This document shows, in pieces, positions 22,626-34,925 of a stretch of DNA of 64,000 nucleotides. Source of the stretch: a virus (Duplodnaviria; Caudoviricetes); the IMG/VR virus record IMGVR_UViG_3300020576_002947, positions 175,692 through 239,691 of that record, one strand, 5' to 3'. Both the position numbers and the translations under genes were made by a program. The notes under the pieces are model-generated. The model was not told where the DNA came from and did not search any database. It saw nothing but the letters and a program-made list of their open reading frames with translations. Within the stretch, counting starts at the first letter, position 1; every line of letters begins with the position of its first letter.

Positions 22626-23698
22626 ATGAAACTGTTCATGAACCCGATCTGGGCTTATCTGGCCCATTCCACTCTCCAGCATCTGGGCTGGAACAATCAG
22701 ACCGCTTCGGTGGTCAGCGTCCCTTCGACCGTCAAGGTCACTGACAGGAAGCAGATGGAGGCTGCATCCTCTCGTCTGCACCAGAACCATAGTCTGATGC
22801 AGAAATCAGCAGCTCTTGAGGCCAAGCACGGCTTCAGGGCTGCTTGTGCAGCGTCCAGGATCGAGATTTCGGGTCTCGATGCCAATGCTGAGCGCAAGGA
22901 GTTCGTCCTTGTTCTCGGCAAGGCTCTGGGTAGCTTCTTTGCTGCTCCTACTCTCACTGCTGGTCAGATGATTCTGGCTGCAGTGGCCGGACTTGTGTGG
23001 CTTCCTCGATTCGTTCGGGAAGTCCTCGCCAAGGTTCGCCTCTTGGTTGGCAAGATGATTCTTGCTGCCAAGAAGGCAGAAGCCATCGCCCAGGCTACCT
23101 ACGTGGCCGAAGTCAAGGCAGCTAGGGTGGCTGCAGCAGAGATGGTTACAGAAGCCATCAGGAGGTGGGCCACTCCGGCTAAGAAGGTTAAGCAGGCCAA
23201 GTAAGGGATTTAATTCCCACGACTGCGGATAGGATAATTAAAATGTCCGATCCTAAGTTGGTTGAGCTTCAGGCAGTTACTAAGGCTGCTTGGGAAGCTT
23301 ATAAGGCTGCATTGTCGGCTGAGAAGACTTACCGCAAGGAAGTTGGACAGGCTGCTGCTGTGGCATGGAAGGCTGAGAGAGCCCAGCTCAATGAGACCGA
23401 GAAGGCTCTTATTGATGAGCTCACTACTGTGCTGGAGAATTCCTTCGCCCAGTGGAGAATGGCTAAGAAGACTGAGTTTGCACAGTGGAAGGCAGACTTG
23501 GCTTTGTCTGATGCCATGAAGACAGCAATTCCACCCAAACCTAAGATGGTGTGGGAAGTAGAGACTGTCGAAGGTGTTAAGCCCTCGACACTCTTGGCGG
23601 CTGCAGGCCAGGTGATTGCTAAGCACAATGAGGCTAAGATCACCAAAGGTCTTGAGCCACTGAAGGTTTCTGCTAGGATCAAGAAGGAGGCTAACTAA
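22626..23698 (+). CDS. two Ala/Lys-rich hypothetical proteins (22626-23204, 23243-23698)
   Basis: SD-preceded ORFs with consistent codon usage. Confidence 0.75.
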
Positions 23699-23844
23699 TG
23701 TTGGCCGTGTTCCTGCTGCTGGTAGGGTTCGGAATGATTGGTTATGGAGCATTCCTCCAGACCATCAATGAGATCAAGAATTCCTGAGATTGTTGCGGCT
23801 ATTTGCGTAGTCGTAGTTCTCTTGGGAGTGTTGTGGAGATAACC

Positions 23845-25098
23845 ATGAATCAATTCGAGATTCAAGCACAGAAGATCGTCAACAAGGTCTTCCCTAAGGT
23901 CATTTGTGGTGAGAAGGCCTCTGATCATCTGAGACAGATCATCGAGACCAAGCTGGCTAATGGGAGGCAAGTTACTCTGAGCATCAAACACTCAGATCAT
24001 CAGAAGGCTCTCAGTAGCATTACTGGAGTTCCCTGTGTTGAGGGCTTCAGAATCAAGGACCGCCAGGTTTGGGTCGGCTATGAAGTTAAGCAAAGGCCTT
24101 TTACAGATGCAGATTGTTCTGCACCAAGACTTCGCGTGCATTCTGATGAAGATGGGTATCCTTACGTCTATCGTCTGGAGTGGGTAACTGTGAATCAGAA
24201 GCTTCTTCCTGAGATGCTGGAGGTGGTAACTGATTCAGCTTCTAAAGGACAGAAGACAAGGTTTGGTGTTGTCCAGTCAGGGATGAAGGCTAAGTCGGCT
24301 AACATGGTCGAGTATCATGTTGATACCAAGCACATGGAACGCCTGGGTATTGATATCTTCAGGGATCTGATGACAGGTCCTGGTGGGATGTATTTGGTCT
24401 ACAAATGGTCTCTGGTTAACCAAATGCTTCAAAAGTTTGAGGCTCATTTGGCAATCCATGAGGATCATGAGGCTATCATGAACCACCCAGAACTGCCTGA
24501 CTTTCGAAGAAAGATTAGGGCAATGCTTGGAAAGATGGGCAAGCCTGCGTTTATTTATCACAGGATGTCAATTGGATCGGCTAGTCATAGAGGTATTGAC
24601 CATGCCGACTCACTTGACTACCTGACACTCAATCAAGTGAAGACTATTCCAACGTTTGAGAGAATGTTGGAGATTGGTGCTCAGATCGAAGCTGATGAAA
24701 AGGCTAGGAGAGAGGCATTGAGATACAAGGCTCCTGCATCACCACCTAAAATGTGGGAAGACGATAGCCTGAAGGTGAAACTTCTTCGCCCAGGAATTGA
24801 GTTCATTGTCGAAGGAAGGGAAATGCACCACTGTGTTGGCGGATACAGTGGATTTAACTCCATCATTCTCGGCGTTGAGATTTATGGTGTTCGTGCCACA
24901 GTTGAGCTGAATCGTACAGGAGACATTCGCCAACTAAGAGGCGTCTGCAACGAAGGCCTTCCAATGGAAAGCCAATTCCTTTTCCGAGACTGGCTTAAGA
25001 ACAATCTCAAAGAAGTTCTTGAAACAGTGGAGAATGAGGACTACTACAGTAGTGATCACACTGCTATCGTTGTAGACAACGACCCATTCGCCTGGTAA
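23845..25098 (+). CDS. PcfJ-like domain protein
   Basis: EGREMHHCVGGY...RATVE...QLRGVCN; start placed at ATG after GGAG. Confidence 0.8.
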   Translation: MNQFEIQAQKIVNKVFPKVICGEKASDHLRQIIETKLANGRQVTLSIKHSDHQKALSSITGVPCVEGFRIKDRQVWVGYEVKQRPFTDADCSAPRLRVHSDEDGYPYVYRLEWVTVNQKLLPEMLEVVTDSASKGQKTRFGVVQSGMKAKSANMVEYHVDTKHMERLGIDIFRDLMTGPGGMYLVYKWSLVNQMLQKFEAHLAIHEDHEAIMNHPELPDFRRKIRAMLGKMGKPAFIYHRMSIGSASHRGIDHADSLDYLTLNQVKTIPTFERMLEIGAQIEADEKARREALRYKAPASPPKMWEDDSLKVKLLRPGIEFIVEGREMHHCVGGYSGFNSIILGVEIYGVRATVELNRTGDIRQLRGVCNEGLPMESQFLFRDWLKNNLKEVLETVENEDYYSSDHTAIVVDNDPFAW

Positions 25099-25127
25099 GG
25101 CTATACGACTAAGAACTGGAGTAAAAA

Positions 25128-25681
25128 ATGAACTATCACATGTTCAATGAGCCATCTCTTAAGGAGATGAACAGCTTCCGCCATATGGTGGATGAGGATG
25201 CAATGCTGGCTGAGCACGCAGCCTATGACTCTCACGATGGTGTGACTTTCGGATGCAATGCTGATCCGCAAGAGCCTACCACAGACGAGTGGAATGATGT
25301 CCACACACAGAGAGTTGTTGCAAGAGCACTCGCTGCTCAAAGACATCCTTACATGGCCTACCTCAGAGCCACAGGGCCAGCGTAATGAGAGACTTGTTCT
25401 TTGACTCAGTCCTGGCTGAAAGAAGGGCTACTAAAAGCCTTCTTACGTCAGAAGAACTAGAAGACATTAAGCTACAGAAGGAGGCTGTGGCTGCTCTCAG
25501 AGCAAGAAGAAGACTTCTTCGACAGAGAGAAAAGGAGACTAAAGCGTTGGAAGATGCTTTGGAACTCCTTGATGCTAAGGATGCAATGATTGCGTCTATG
25601 GGCATTCACGGATGGAGGTTTAGACATCTTGGATATGAGGTTGAGGTGTCTGAGAAAGGGTATAGCTTGAAATGGAATTAA
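25128..25681 (+). CDS. two hypothetical proteins (25128-25385, 25385-25681)
   Basis: Translationally coupled ORFs (TAATG). Confidence 0.7.
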
Positions 25682-25834
25682 AACTGCAAGCTGATCGGAA
25701 GCTCTTGGTCACCAAGCTTAAGACTCTTCAGTCGAAAGGCAAGTGGAAAGACTGGGATGCTATCAACAGGACGACCCAGAAGATCAATGAGATCGACTGG
25801 GAACTCCAGCGACTAAGTAAGAAGGGGGAAGATA

Positions 25835-26833
25835 ATGAAAGTTAAGACTCCGTGTGGTCGAGAGGTCACTATCGTCAACATCAAGGACACTCCAAACTGG
25901 AAGGAGTTGTATCCTAATGGTGTGTACTGTGGCAGACCTCCTAAGAGTCAGCCTGGTATGCACCTTGGGAACTTGTTTACCCATTTGCAGCTGGATGATC
26001 CGTCAAGGACTATCTGGGTGCCAACCAGGGAAGTTGCTGTCCAAGCCTTTGAGAGATGGCTCAAGGGTGACTACGATCCTATGTGGCCGCTTGCTAAGTT
26101 GGCTGCTGAGGAACAACGCCGTCTATGGATTCTGAAGGTGATCCCTAAGATCCAGGAGAAGGCTGAGGCATTGGCATGTTGGTGTGATCCACTAATGTGC
26201 CACACTGAGGTACTTGCTACCTTTGTGCCCACGACAGCCCCTACGACTACCACACAGGTGTTCTACACTGGTGTTGGTACCAGAGGCAGGCAAGGCTTCG
26301 ATGGTGTAAGAAGACTTCCTCAACATATGACAAACCTTATTCGTAGGGTGTCAAGATGGAAGAGGGATAAAGGAGAGATCCTCAGATCAGGTCATGCTGT
26401 TGGATCTGATCTAGCATTTGAGATGGACACTCCTGTTTGGCAGAAGGAGATCTATTTGCCAACAGAGGTATTCAACAAGGCCAGTGCATCTACCCCAGGA
26501 TGTATTGTGCCTGATGAAGAACAGTTGGAAGAAGCCTTTGACTTCCTTCAGAGGATCGGTGTGCTTGAACCAAGACATGCTGCTAAACTAAAGTCAGGAA
26601 CAGGCTTTGGTTGGAGAGCCCATGCTAGGAACCTATTCCAGGTTATTGGTGTGGACATCGAGAATCCACGTCCATCCAAATCTCTGTACTGCTACACAGA
26701 GGATGGAGAAGAAGTGGGTGGAACTCGTACGGCTATATTGGTCGCACGACACTTTGATGTCAAGGTGATTAACCTAGGTAATAAGGATGTTGCTGCCAAA
26801 TGTGGTCATTGGCTGGAGAAGAATGGATACTAA
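25835..26833 (+). CDS. DUF4326 domain fused to SLOG/DprA-like domain
   Basis: N-half VYCGRP..LGNLF..LACWCDPLMCHTEVL; Thr-rich linker; C-half YTGVGTR, LRSGHAVGSDLAFE, ARN..QVIG, GGTRTAI. Confidence 0.8.
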   Translation: MKVKTPCGREVTIVNIKDTPNWKELYPNGVYCGRPPKSQPGMHLGNLFTHLQLDDPSRTIWVPTREVAVQAFERWLKGDYDPMWPLAKLAAEEQRRLWILKVIPKIQEKAEALACWCDPLMCHTEVLATFVPTTAPTTTTQVFYTGVGTRGRQGFDGVRRLPQHMTNLIRRVSRWKRDKGEILRSGHAVGSDLAFEMDTPVWQKEIYLPTEVFNKASASTPGCIVPDEEQLEEAFDFLQRIGVLEPRHAAKLKSGTGFGWRAHARNLFQVIGVDIENPRPSKSLYCYTEDGEEVGGTRTAILVARHFDVKVINLGNKDVAAKCGHWLEKNGY

Positions 26834-27257
26834 TTTCATGGTCTTGTTTGAAGAGGCGTTTCTAATCTTCAAAGAGTTTGACAAAAGTGGTGACTATGAG
26901 GCTGAGATGTATGTGACCTGTGAAGATACATCTCACTTCAATGTATCTTTTGACAGTTTGACAAACAAAGTAGTCAGTGTTTCGATTGCTTTAAACCCAA
27001 TCCAAATTCAATCTGATTCAGACAACTATTTAATTCCCAGAGATGAGATTTTCTGGTGTACCTTCTATCATGAGATGGGTCACTACCATCAAGTGATGAA
27101 TGGCACATACTTTTCAAAGATCAGGGAAGTTGAAGATGACCCTAAAGTATTACTTTGGCTTGAAGAGGACGCGTGGACTTTTTACCCTAAAGCTAACAAA
27201 AGGTTTGTAGCTTATGCCTTAAGAGGCTACCGTCAATTAGCAGGCTACTATATTTGA
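26823..27257 (+). CDS. HExxH metallopeptidase-like protein
   Basis: FYHEMGHY...LEEDAW. Confidence 0.7.
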   Translation: MDTNFMVLFEEAFLIFKEFDKSGDYEAEMYVTCEDTSHFNVSFDSLTNKVVSVSIALNPIQIQSDSDNYLIPRDEIFWCTFYHEMGHYHQVMNGTYFSKIREVEDDPKVLLWLEEDAWTFYPKANKRFVAYALRGYRQLAGYYI

Positions 27258-27341
27258 GGACTACTGTGACTACAGAACAAATCCTTCGGTAGGGGGAACA
27301 TTCGGAGTCAGGAGCCCACAGGAGTCCTGCAAAGAGTTACC

Positions 27342-28928
27342 ATGGAAATCAGCACAGTTTCACAGAACATCATCGACGGCCTCAAGGCCATCAACGTCAC
27401 CCTGTCAGAGGTCAGGATTGAATTGCATCCTAACGATGCATTTGACAGCGCAGGAAAGCCCCAGCCGCATCTTCAGAGCCTCATCCTGGCAGGGTTCAGG
27501 AAGTTCGACATCTGCGAGTTTGAAGCAGATCAGAACAGAGCAAGCGGTGTCGGTCGCATCAACGACGGCATCAGAAAGTCCTGCATGGCTCACGCTCTCG
27601 CGTGGGGTAGCAATGCCCGAGAAGCAAAGGGACTTCTCACTTCGTTCGGACCTGACTTTTTGAGAACTGAGGTTCAGCGCTTGGTCAGGAACGGCATGAC
27701 CCCCGCCATGTTGCTTGCGGCAAGCCAGCCCAAGAAGGTGGCTTCTGCTTCAGCAGAGGTCGCTCTGGCCGATCTCGAATCCCTCTTCGAGTAGAGCGCT
27801 ATAGTTTGGGAAGGGCCCCCTCAAGGCCTTTCCCTTACTTCAGGACCTTCGCCTAAAGTTTAACCACCTGTCTCTCGTAAGCTTTGTTTTAAAAGCTGAA
27901 CAACTATCTGGGATTTATCCCCATGTCCGTCCGTTAAGAACAAAAGGCTATTATGGCTACTAAGAACGCAAACAACCCCACGTCAACCGCCGCTCCCATC
28001 AACACCGAAAAGGTCGGCCAGCCCGCCCAGGTCAACACTCCCAGCATTGAGGACCTCCAGGCCCTCGCTGGCGTGATGAAGAGCAACACCATCTCTTCAG
28101 AGAAGCCCAGGGTGGACTTCAAGCAATTGGGAGGCGATTTCGAAAGGAATCGAACTCCACTCTCTGAGCGCTTGGAACAGCTACCATTCCTGATCAGTGC
28201 TGGAATGGTCGTGGATGGCACCAGCACCGTATGGGGCAACTGGCATCTCCAGGCCCCCAGGCAGGAAGGCAGGACTCCGGTCCTCAGCTTCCACGTTCCA
28301 AGTGAGCGTGAAGTGACTTCCACTGTCAGGGGCAAGAAGCAGACCGTTCTCGAGACGGGCTATGACAGAGTCAAGGTCAGGATCACCGAAGAGGGCATCC
28401 TCGACAACTTGCTGGATCTGGATAGGTTGCCACACTTTGGCACCCTCGCCAGTGTGCTCTGTGACAGAGGGTCCATTGTGATCCTTTGGGAAGAGTAATT
28501 ATTAATTAAGTTATCACTAGGGAGGTCTTCAAGGGGCCTCCCACCAAAAGCCAATTGAGAGAACCAATATGAAGCGAAACTTTCTTGCCGCTGGCGTCGG
28601 AGCCTTGGCAGCCACTCTTGTCACTACTTCCGTCGGAGCCGTAAAGGCTTCTGGAAGAATGGCCGCTCAGATCCGGGACCAGTTCCAGGACACAACTGAA
28701 AGGGGGAGAAAGATCCAGTCCTATAAGGATTTGGACTTCCAGATCGAACAGGGAAACCTGGACCCCACCAAGCTCGAAAGAGCTAAGGACCTGCGCTCAA
28801 GGCTCGAGATCATTCTCTGGCCCAAGGCACAAACTCAGAGGAAGGATCATAGCGATATTGATTCATTCCTCTCAGAGATTGAGAGAGAATTCGACTTGAG
28901 CACAGAACCTGCTCAGGTCACCGACTAG
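27342..28928 (+). CDS. three GC-richer hypothetical proteins (27342-27794, 27953-28498, 28569-28928)
   Basis: ORFs separated by GC hairpins at ~27808-27834 and ~28519-28541. Confidence 0.75.
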
Positions 28929-29135
28929 GAGTTTCAGACTGCCCTTAACCAGGTAGCTGAGGAAGCGACCAATTAACCTTTAAGGGCATTGCCCATCTAA
29001 CCAGATTTAAAACTGTGTTAGGTGTGTAGTGCCCTTTTTAAATGCTGAAGCCTTAGCTTCTTGCTAGTTATACAATGATAAGGAAACTAGTAAGAGGTTA
29101 AGGCTTTTTTCCAGAAATCGCCTATATTAGTACGG

Positions 29136-29160
29136 GGGAGGGGCCCCTTTAGGGGAGGGG
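29136..29160. repeat. 25-nt G-rich intergenic repeat, copy 1
   Basis: gggaggggcccctttaggggagggg, identical at 33615-33639. Confidence 0.85.
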
Positions 29161-29182
29161 GTGAAACCCCCAGGAAAAAAGA

Positions 29183-32100
29183 ATGAAAAAGAAGATCAAC
29201 TTTGTTGACTTACTAATATCTTTGACATGCATAGTATCATCATTGATGCTTGCATATATTGTATTCTATCCTCATATTAAAAAGCGTCCTACTTTAAGGG
29301 AGGCATATGAAATGTGTCTTGAGGATACTAAAGACTTTAATAACTCTGATGAATGTGCATATAGTGAAGTACTATACTATTACTATCCTGAGATAGGAAG
29401 AGATCGTGCTGAGCATTGGGTATATAGTCCCTCTGAAGGAAACTTTATCTATGATGGTCCTGTAATAGACTAACATGCCTCCAGCACAGATAGTAAACAG
29501 CATTGTTAACAATCCTATTACTCTATATACTATGCTTTTTATTGGACCATGTTTTATTGTCTATTACCTCAAAACTCTAGCAGATAAAGCAAAGAGAGAG
29601 TATACTCATCCTGACGCTCCATTATTTGCTGTAGTAGAAGGAATAGTCACAATAGCTGTTATTGCTATAGTTACTATACTAAAGGTTACTAAGAACTTAT
29701 AACGTGAATGACAATGAAACAATCTCTCCAAATCATTATCCTTATATGTATGCTACTAATAGCAGCACTATGGTTAACATTTATTATTAACCTACCACCT
29801 AAGCTATCTACTAGACAAATACTAGGCTTAGTATTATTGTTTGCAGAGTTCCTACTGTTGACAGTTTTATATTACTACGTGTATAAAACTTCACAGTAAA
29901 AATAGTTTATTTTTTATATCTTAAATTTAGTGCTATCAATTATACAGCATTTGATTTTATATATTAAATATTCTGATATAGAATTTACGTGTTTTGATTT
30001 CTATACTCTTAGGAACTTAAATGACAATACTCACTCTACTCTCAACACAGAAGTTTACTAGTGGTATATACAATGGACACTATGTAGAAGATGTTATTCA
30101 TACTAATCCCATGTATGTTTCGTAGGCTATGGATAATCTATCTAACTTTAAGATTACTAATGATCTTAAGGATCTTCTCTATGAAGTACTTAATGATCAC
30201 TATCCTGATGATCCACAGTATGATTAGTTAATCTATATAAGTATTCTCTATCATTCATTCTATGTTCTATATCACTACGTTATTTATTTATATACGTTGA
30301 TCTTATATATTTTGGAAGAAAGGAAATGAAGAGCTGGCCCGAGATCCCTCCTATTACTGAAGAGAACCTTTATGCAGTTGTGTGTACTAAATCTAAACTA
30401 GTATGGAACAAAACACTTCAATGTCTTGAACCACATATGCTAGCTGGTCTACACCGCAGAGTATATGTGGCTAAAGATACTAATGATCCTGATGTGCTTT
30501 CTATCTTCATAAAACAACGCTGGGAGATGGTTAAAAGAAACCGATTTAAGTTTTCAGGTCCTATAAGGTCAGCCTAATATATACTATTATATTTATTGGA
30601 AGAAATACATTAGATAATCATTAGTGCAACTATGACACAAGAACAACTCTCAGCAACTAAGAAACTTAAAACCAGCTACCATATCTCTGGTCTAGCTATG
30701 CTGCTTGCAGCAACCTATATTCTTATTGTTACTATCAGAGTAATTATGGGATACCAGTTAGATCCAGTAACATGGATTCTACTTATCCTTAATGCTACTT
30801 TGTTCTATATAAACCATGATAGATCTCTTAATCTTAAGAGAGATATTAAAATATTGGGAGAACAGAAATGAACGCACACAGAGTCATTGAACAACTTATT
30901 AATAATCAAAAGTCTCACATTAAATCAGATATTCTATTTACTATTCTATATACACTATTGCTATTTGTTACCTTAACACAGGCAATTGTTAATCCGTTTA
31001 TTCTTACAATTTCTATTTGTGCTATTAACATATTCATGTTTGGATATACTGTATATACATTTAGTAAGGATATATCTACATTGAAGACTCTTAGGCTACA
31101 TGCGAAAGATCTATTATGAAACAGAACGATGAGCTTACTAATCACGTTATTAAACATCTTAAGATAAGTCTTCTCATTGATTCTATTATTATACTTGCCA
31201 ATGCTTTATCAATTTGTTTTTGTATCTATGATTATAACTCCTTTAGAAGTCAATACACATTTGTTATCTGTCTCAATATTATAGCTATTATTTGGTGTCT
31301 TATCACAATCAGACAGACGCAAAAAGAATTAAGAACTGCACAAGGAGAATCTAAATGAACCCAACCCACCCAACTATTAATGTTTCAGACCTTACAACTT
31401 GTCTGAGTCATTTTAAACTGGCACAGCAGATTGCTAACAAATCTATGCCTCTCATTGAACAGTTCTTTACAGACTTGATTGGAACTATTACTCTTGACAC
31501 ATGTGAAGACATCTGTAATGTTGTATCTGACACATGCATTAAGGAAGATTGTATTGAGTTCTCTATTAATTGGCTGGCAACAGGTATCGACGTTATGTCG
31601 ATTCACGGTAAGTTCGATTCATCTAACACCGCACCTCAAATTGATAAACTTGTTTTCTTTTATGCACCAACACAATATGGTGTACCTTGGACTGGACTGT
31701 ATGATAGAGAGTCACTTTTAAATGAGTATAGAAATGTTGATAAAGATAACTTCTTGGTAAGGTTTGATTGGTCAACTGATACCATGGGAATTATTACTAT
31801 CGATAATATCACTCCTGAAACTGATACTAACTGTCCCAGATTGAGGACAGTTCTTAGACAGCTTTATATTATTTAATTGAGAACCGTTCATGAACGAGAA
31901 CAGTAGTCAAAGATTAGACCTTTCTGAAATTCACAGTGATGTGATCTATCCTGCAATTGTTAATCATTTTGATACTTTGGTAAAAGGATTGTGTAATTTG
32001 TATCCCAAGCTAAATAGCGGACTCTTTACAACAGGTCTTCATAAACTTACTGTAAATTGCAATGGTATTAATGCTGTTATCGTCTTTAGACATAACAACA

Positions 32101-33613
32101 CTAACATCCTATATCTTGATTGCAGAGTTATTGTTTATAGTAACAAACCTGCAATCATTGAGATCAATGATATCTATACTGATAGATGTTATAGTGTTCT
32201 TCATAACAAGTTTGTATCTCATCCTATCTTACCAGAGCCTTTGAACTTTAAAGACTTTCCTGAATTTAAGAAGAGACCTACTATCAATTCTACTGAACAT
32301 GCAATAGGACAATATAATATTAGTGATTTCCCAACTATCTTCTTAACAAGAAAATTCATTTTTAATCCTAGTATCCCTGACTTTGAAAAAGCAGTATTGA
32401 ATATGTTAGTATTCTAAACTAATGAACCCAAGCATTAACTTCTTACTTTGTGTTATTACTTCAATTGCTATTTGGATCTTTACTGCAATTCTTGCAGTTG
32501 TAAGTGCAACATTTTTTAAACCTGATGTTCTACATAAAGAACATTTTATTAAGTACATGAGATTTTCTATGGTACTTTGTCTTATAGATGTTATTCTAAT
32601 TTCTATCCTTTGTGTATACTTCATAATGCACACAAAATGACAATCATCCAGAGACCAGAATTTATTCTTAATCTTGAGAACATCTTTATCCTTAACGAAG
32701 TAGATGATAAAGTAACTCTTCATGTTCTCACTGCTGAAGGTCTTATTAAGAGATCATTCGATTATACTTTGGCAGACTTGCTATCATATGCACAAGTTAA
32801 TGCAAATCCTAATCCTACTATGGTGTATATTGAGGGGTACTTAATAACTCCTCTTAGTAATATTATTCTAATTAAAGACACCGGTGTTGGTATTGAAATT
32901 TTCTTTACTAATAAAGGAAATCCTATGCCACTCCCATTTAAAATAACTGATATTAAACTAATGAACTTTAATTGAGGACCATGGAAAGAATCAATCTTAA
33001 CTGCGAAACACATTTTTTATACCCAATCCTGAGAGAAGCTATGTATCGATATATGCTTAAGCAGAATTTGCTTAAGGTTACACCTATGAAGGAAATGAAT
33101 CATACTTTCTCTGAGGAGAAGGGTGCATTCTTTATTGAGACTCAAGGCTATGATATTAACTATACTCTCAAGATGTATGGAGATGAAATCTCTTTAGATC
33201 TTTGGGGCACAGTTGTTGATCAAATGACCTTTGATCTTAATGAAGAAAAGCTCCCATTTGAATGGGAAACTATTGTTTATAAATTCCTTAGCCAACCTCA
33301 TTATGTAGAACTTCCTAATAGTAAGAAAGTAATTACATCCTTGGCAACTAAAGCATTCCAACAGTATGCTGATGAACATGAAGGAACAGTTGAATATCTT
33401 CACTATTATGGTGACGATAAAAGCTGGATTATATTAAGTAACTTTGGCAAGATCTTTATTGATCCTAACAATGAAAAGGAACGTGTCATTGTTGTCAAAC
33501 CTTTTATTGATGAAAAGAAAGTAGTACGTTATCCTGATAAGGTATCGTACACTCCTGATATGTGGATTAATATGTTCTATAATATGATTAAAACAGTTAA
33601 TCAGCCTACATAA
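29183..33613 (+). CDS. cluster of AT-rich small hypothetical and membrane proteins (29183, 29475, 29708, 30326, 30632, 30868, 31116, 31355, 31890, 32422, ~32637, 32972)
   Basis: Coupled ORFs, many with 1-2 TM helices; 30632/30868/31116 look like tandem 2-TM paralogs. Confidence 0.65.
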
Positions 33614-33614
33614 T

Positions 33615-33639
33615 GGGAGGGGCCCCTTTAGGGGAGGGG
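33615..33639. repeat. 25-nt G-rich intergenic repeat, copy 2
   Basis: identical to 29136-29160. Confidence 0.85.
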
Positions 33640-33667
33640 CCCACTATTAAGTCCAAGGAACCAGAGC

Positions 33668-33976
33668 ATGAAAGCTTTCAACACAATCATTAATATTTTG
33701 TTTGCTGTTGCTTATTTGACAGCATTCATTCTGTTTGTTATTACAGCACAATCCAACATTGTCAATATCTTTATTGCAAGTGTGCTAGGATTTGCAGCCA
33801 TTGGTCAACTCATGGCAGCCACTATATTTTGCAAAGCAACCTATGCTTCAGCAAGAGTATATTCAAGAGCTATTGGAGAAAATCTTAAGCTCAGCGATGA
33901 ACTTATTGAAGAAGCTGATCAGATCTATCAGAATGATTCTGATGATATTGATCCAAGATTTGAACGTAAACCTTAA
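33668..33976 (+). CDS. two-TM membrane protein
   Basis: Two hydrophobic helices, acidic tail. Confidence 0.7.
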   Translation: MKAFNTIINILFAVAYLTAFILFVITAQSNIVNIFIASVLGFAAIGQLMAATIFCKATYASARVYSRAIGENLKLSDELIEEADQIYQNDSDDIDPRFERKP

Positions 33977-33990
33977 CTAATTAATCACCC

Positions 33991-34446
33991 ATGACTGAAA
34001 TCACTGGAAACATTCTCAGTATTAAGAAAGGGATTATTTGTCATCAAGTAAATTGTCAAGGACGTATGGGATCTGGAATTGCACTACAGTTCCGAGAGAC
34101 ATACCCTAAAGTATACAAGACCTATCAAACATTATGTAGTAGTATTCCATCTGCACAGTTGTTAGGGCGTTGTCAGCTTGTTAAAATTGATGACAACCTT
34201 CTTGTTGCTAACATCTTCGGTCAAGAGTACTATGGTACTGACAAAAGATATACTGATTATGAAGCAGTAGCCAAATCATTTAAGTCACTAGAGAATTGGC
34301 GAGACTTAAAGCTAAGAACTATTCCACAGGATAAGATCTATATCCCATATAAAATGGGTTGCAACTTAGGAGGAGGCTTATGGCATACCTACCTAGAAGT
34401 TGTAACATCTATTATCCCTAACGTGACAGTTGTCAAACTACCATGA
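33991..34446 (+). CDS. macrodomain (ADP-ribose binding/hydrolase) protein
   Basis: GNIL..IICHQVNCQGRMGSGIA, VANIFGQ, PYKMGCNLGGGLW. Confidence 0.92.
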   Translation: MTEITGNILSIKKGIICHQVNCQGRMGSGIALQFRETYPKVYKTYQTLCSSIPSAQLLGRCQLVKIDDNLLVANIFGQEYYGTDKRYTDYEAVAKSFKSLENWRDLKLRTIPQDKIYIPYKMGCNLGGGLWHTYLEVVTSIIPNVTVVKLP

Positions 34447-34925
34447 AGAAAAACCTTCAAACATTGCTATACATATTCATTGGAGCAGTTATTGGATTTA
34501 TCTTTGCTTCTATTGGTATTGCACTATTGAGCTTCTCGTGAGTTTAAACGTAACAGCATCAATTATCATTATTGTTATTGAATCTAAAGAAATTGAAATC
34601 TATTACAGTAACAAACCACCTCAGGGTACTGAGGACAGAGATGTTATTGAAATTGCTACATCAAGCGGTTCTTTTAATGTTCTGAAATGTACAGACATTG
34701 AGGAAATCAAAAAGCTTGACCTTAAAAAAGTCGTTCTAAACTTTAGTGATGACGACTGGTTCACAGCATATAGCGATCTATTTGAAGCTACTATCTATGC
34801 TATAAATCAAACACCATTAATGCCTAAGCGGCAGGCTATGCAACTATTCATTGATATTACTAAGTTCTTAGAACTTAATATTAAAGCTGTTGATGAACAG
34901 CTCGACAAATGCGCTCAGAGAATGA

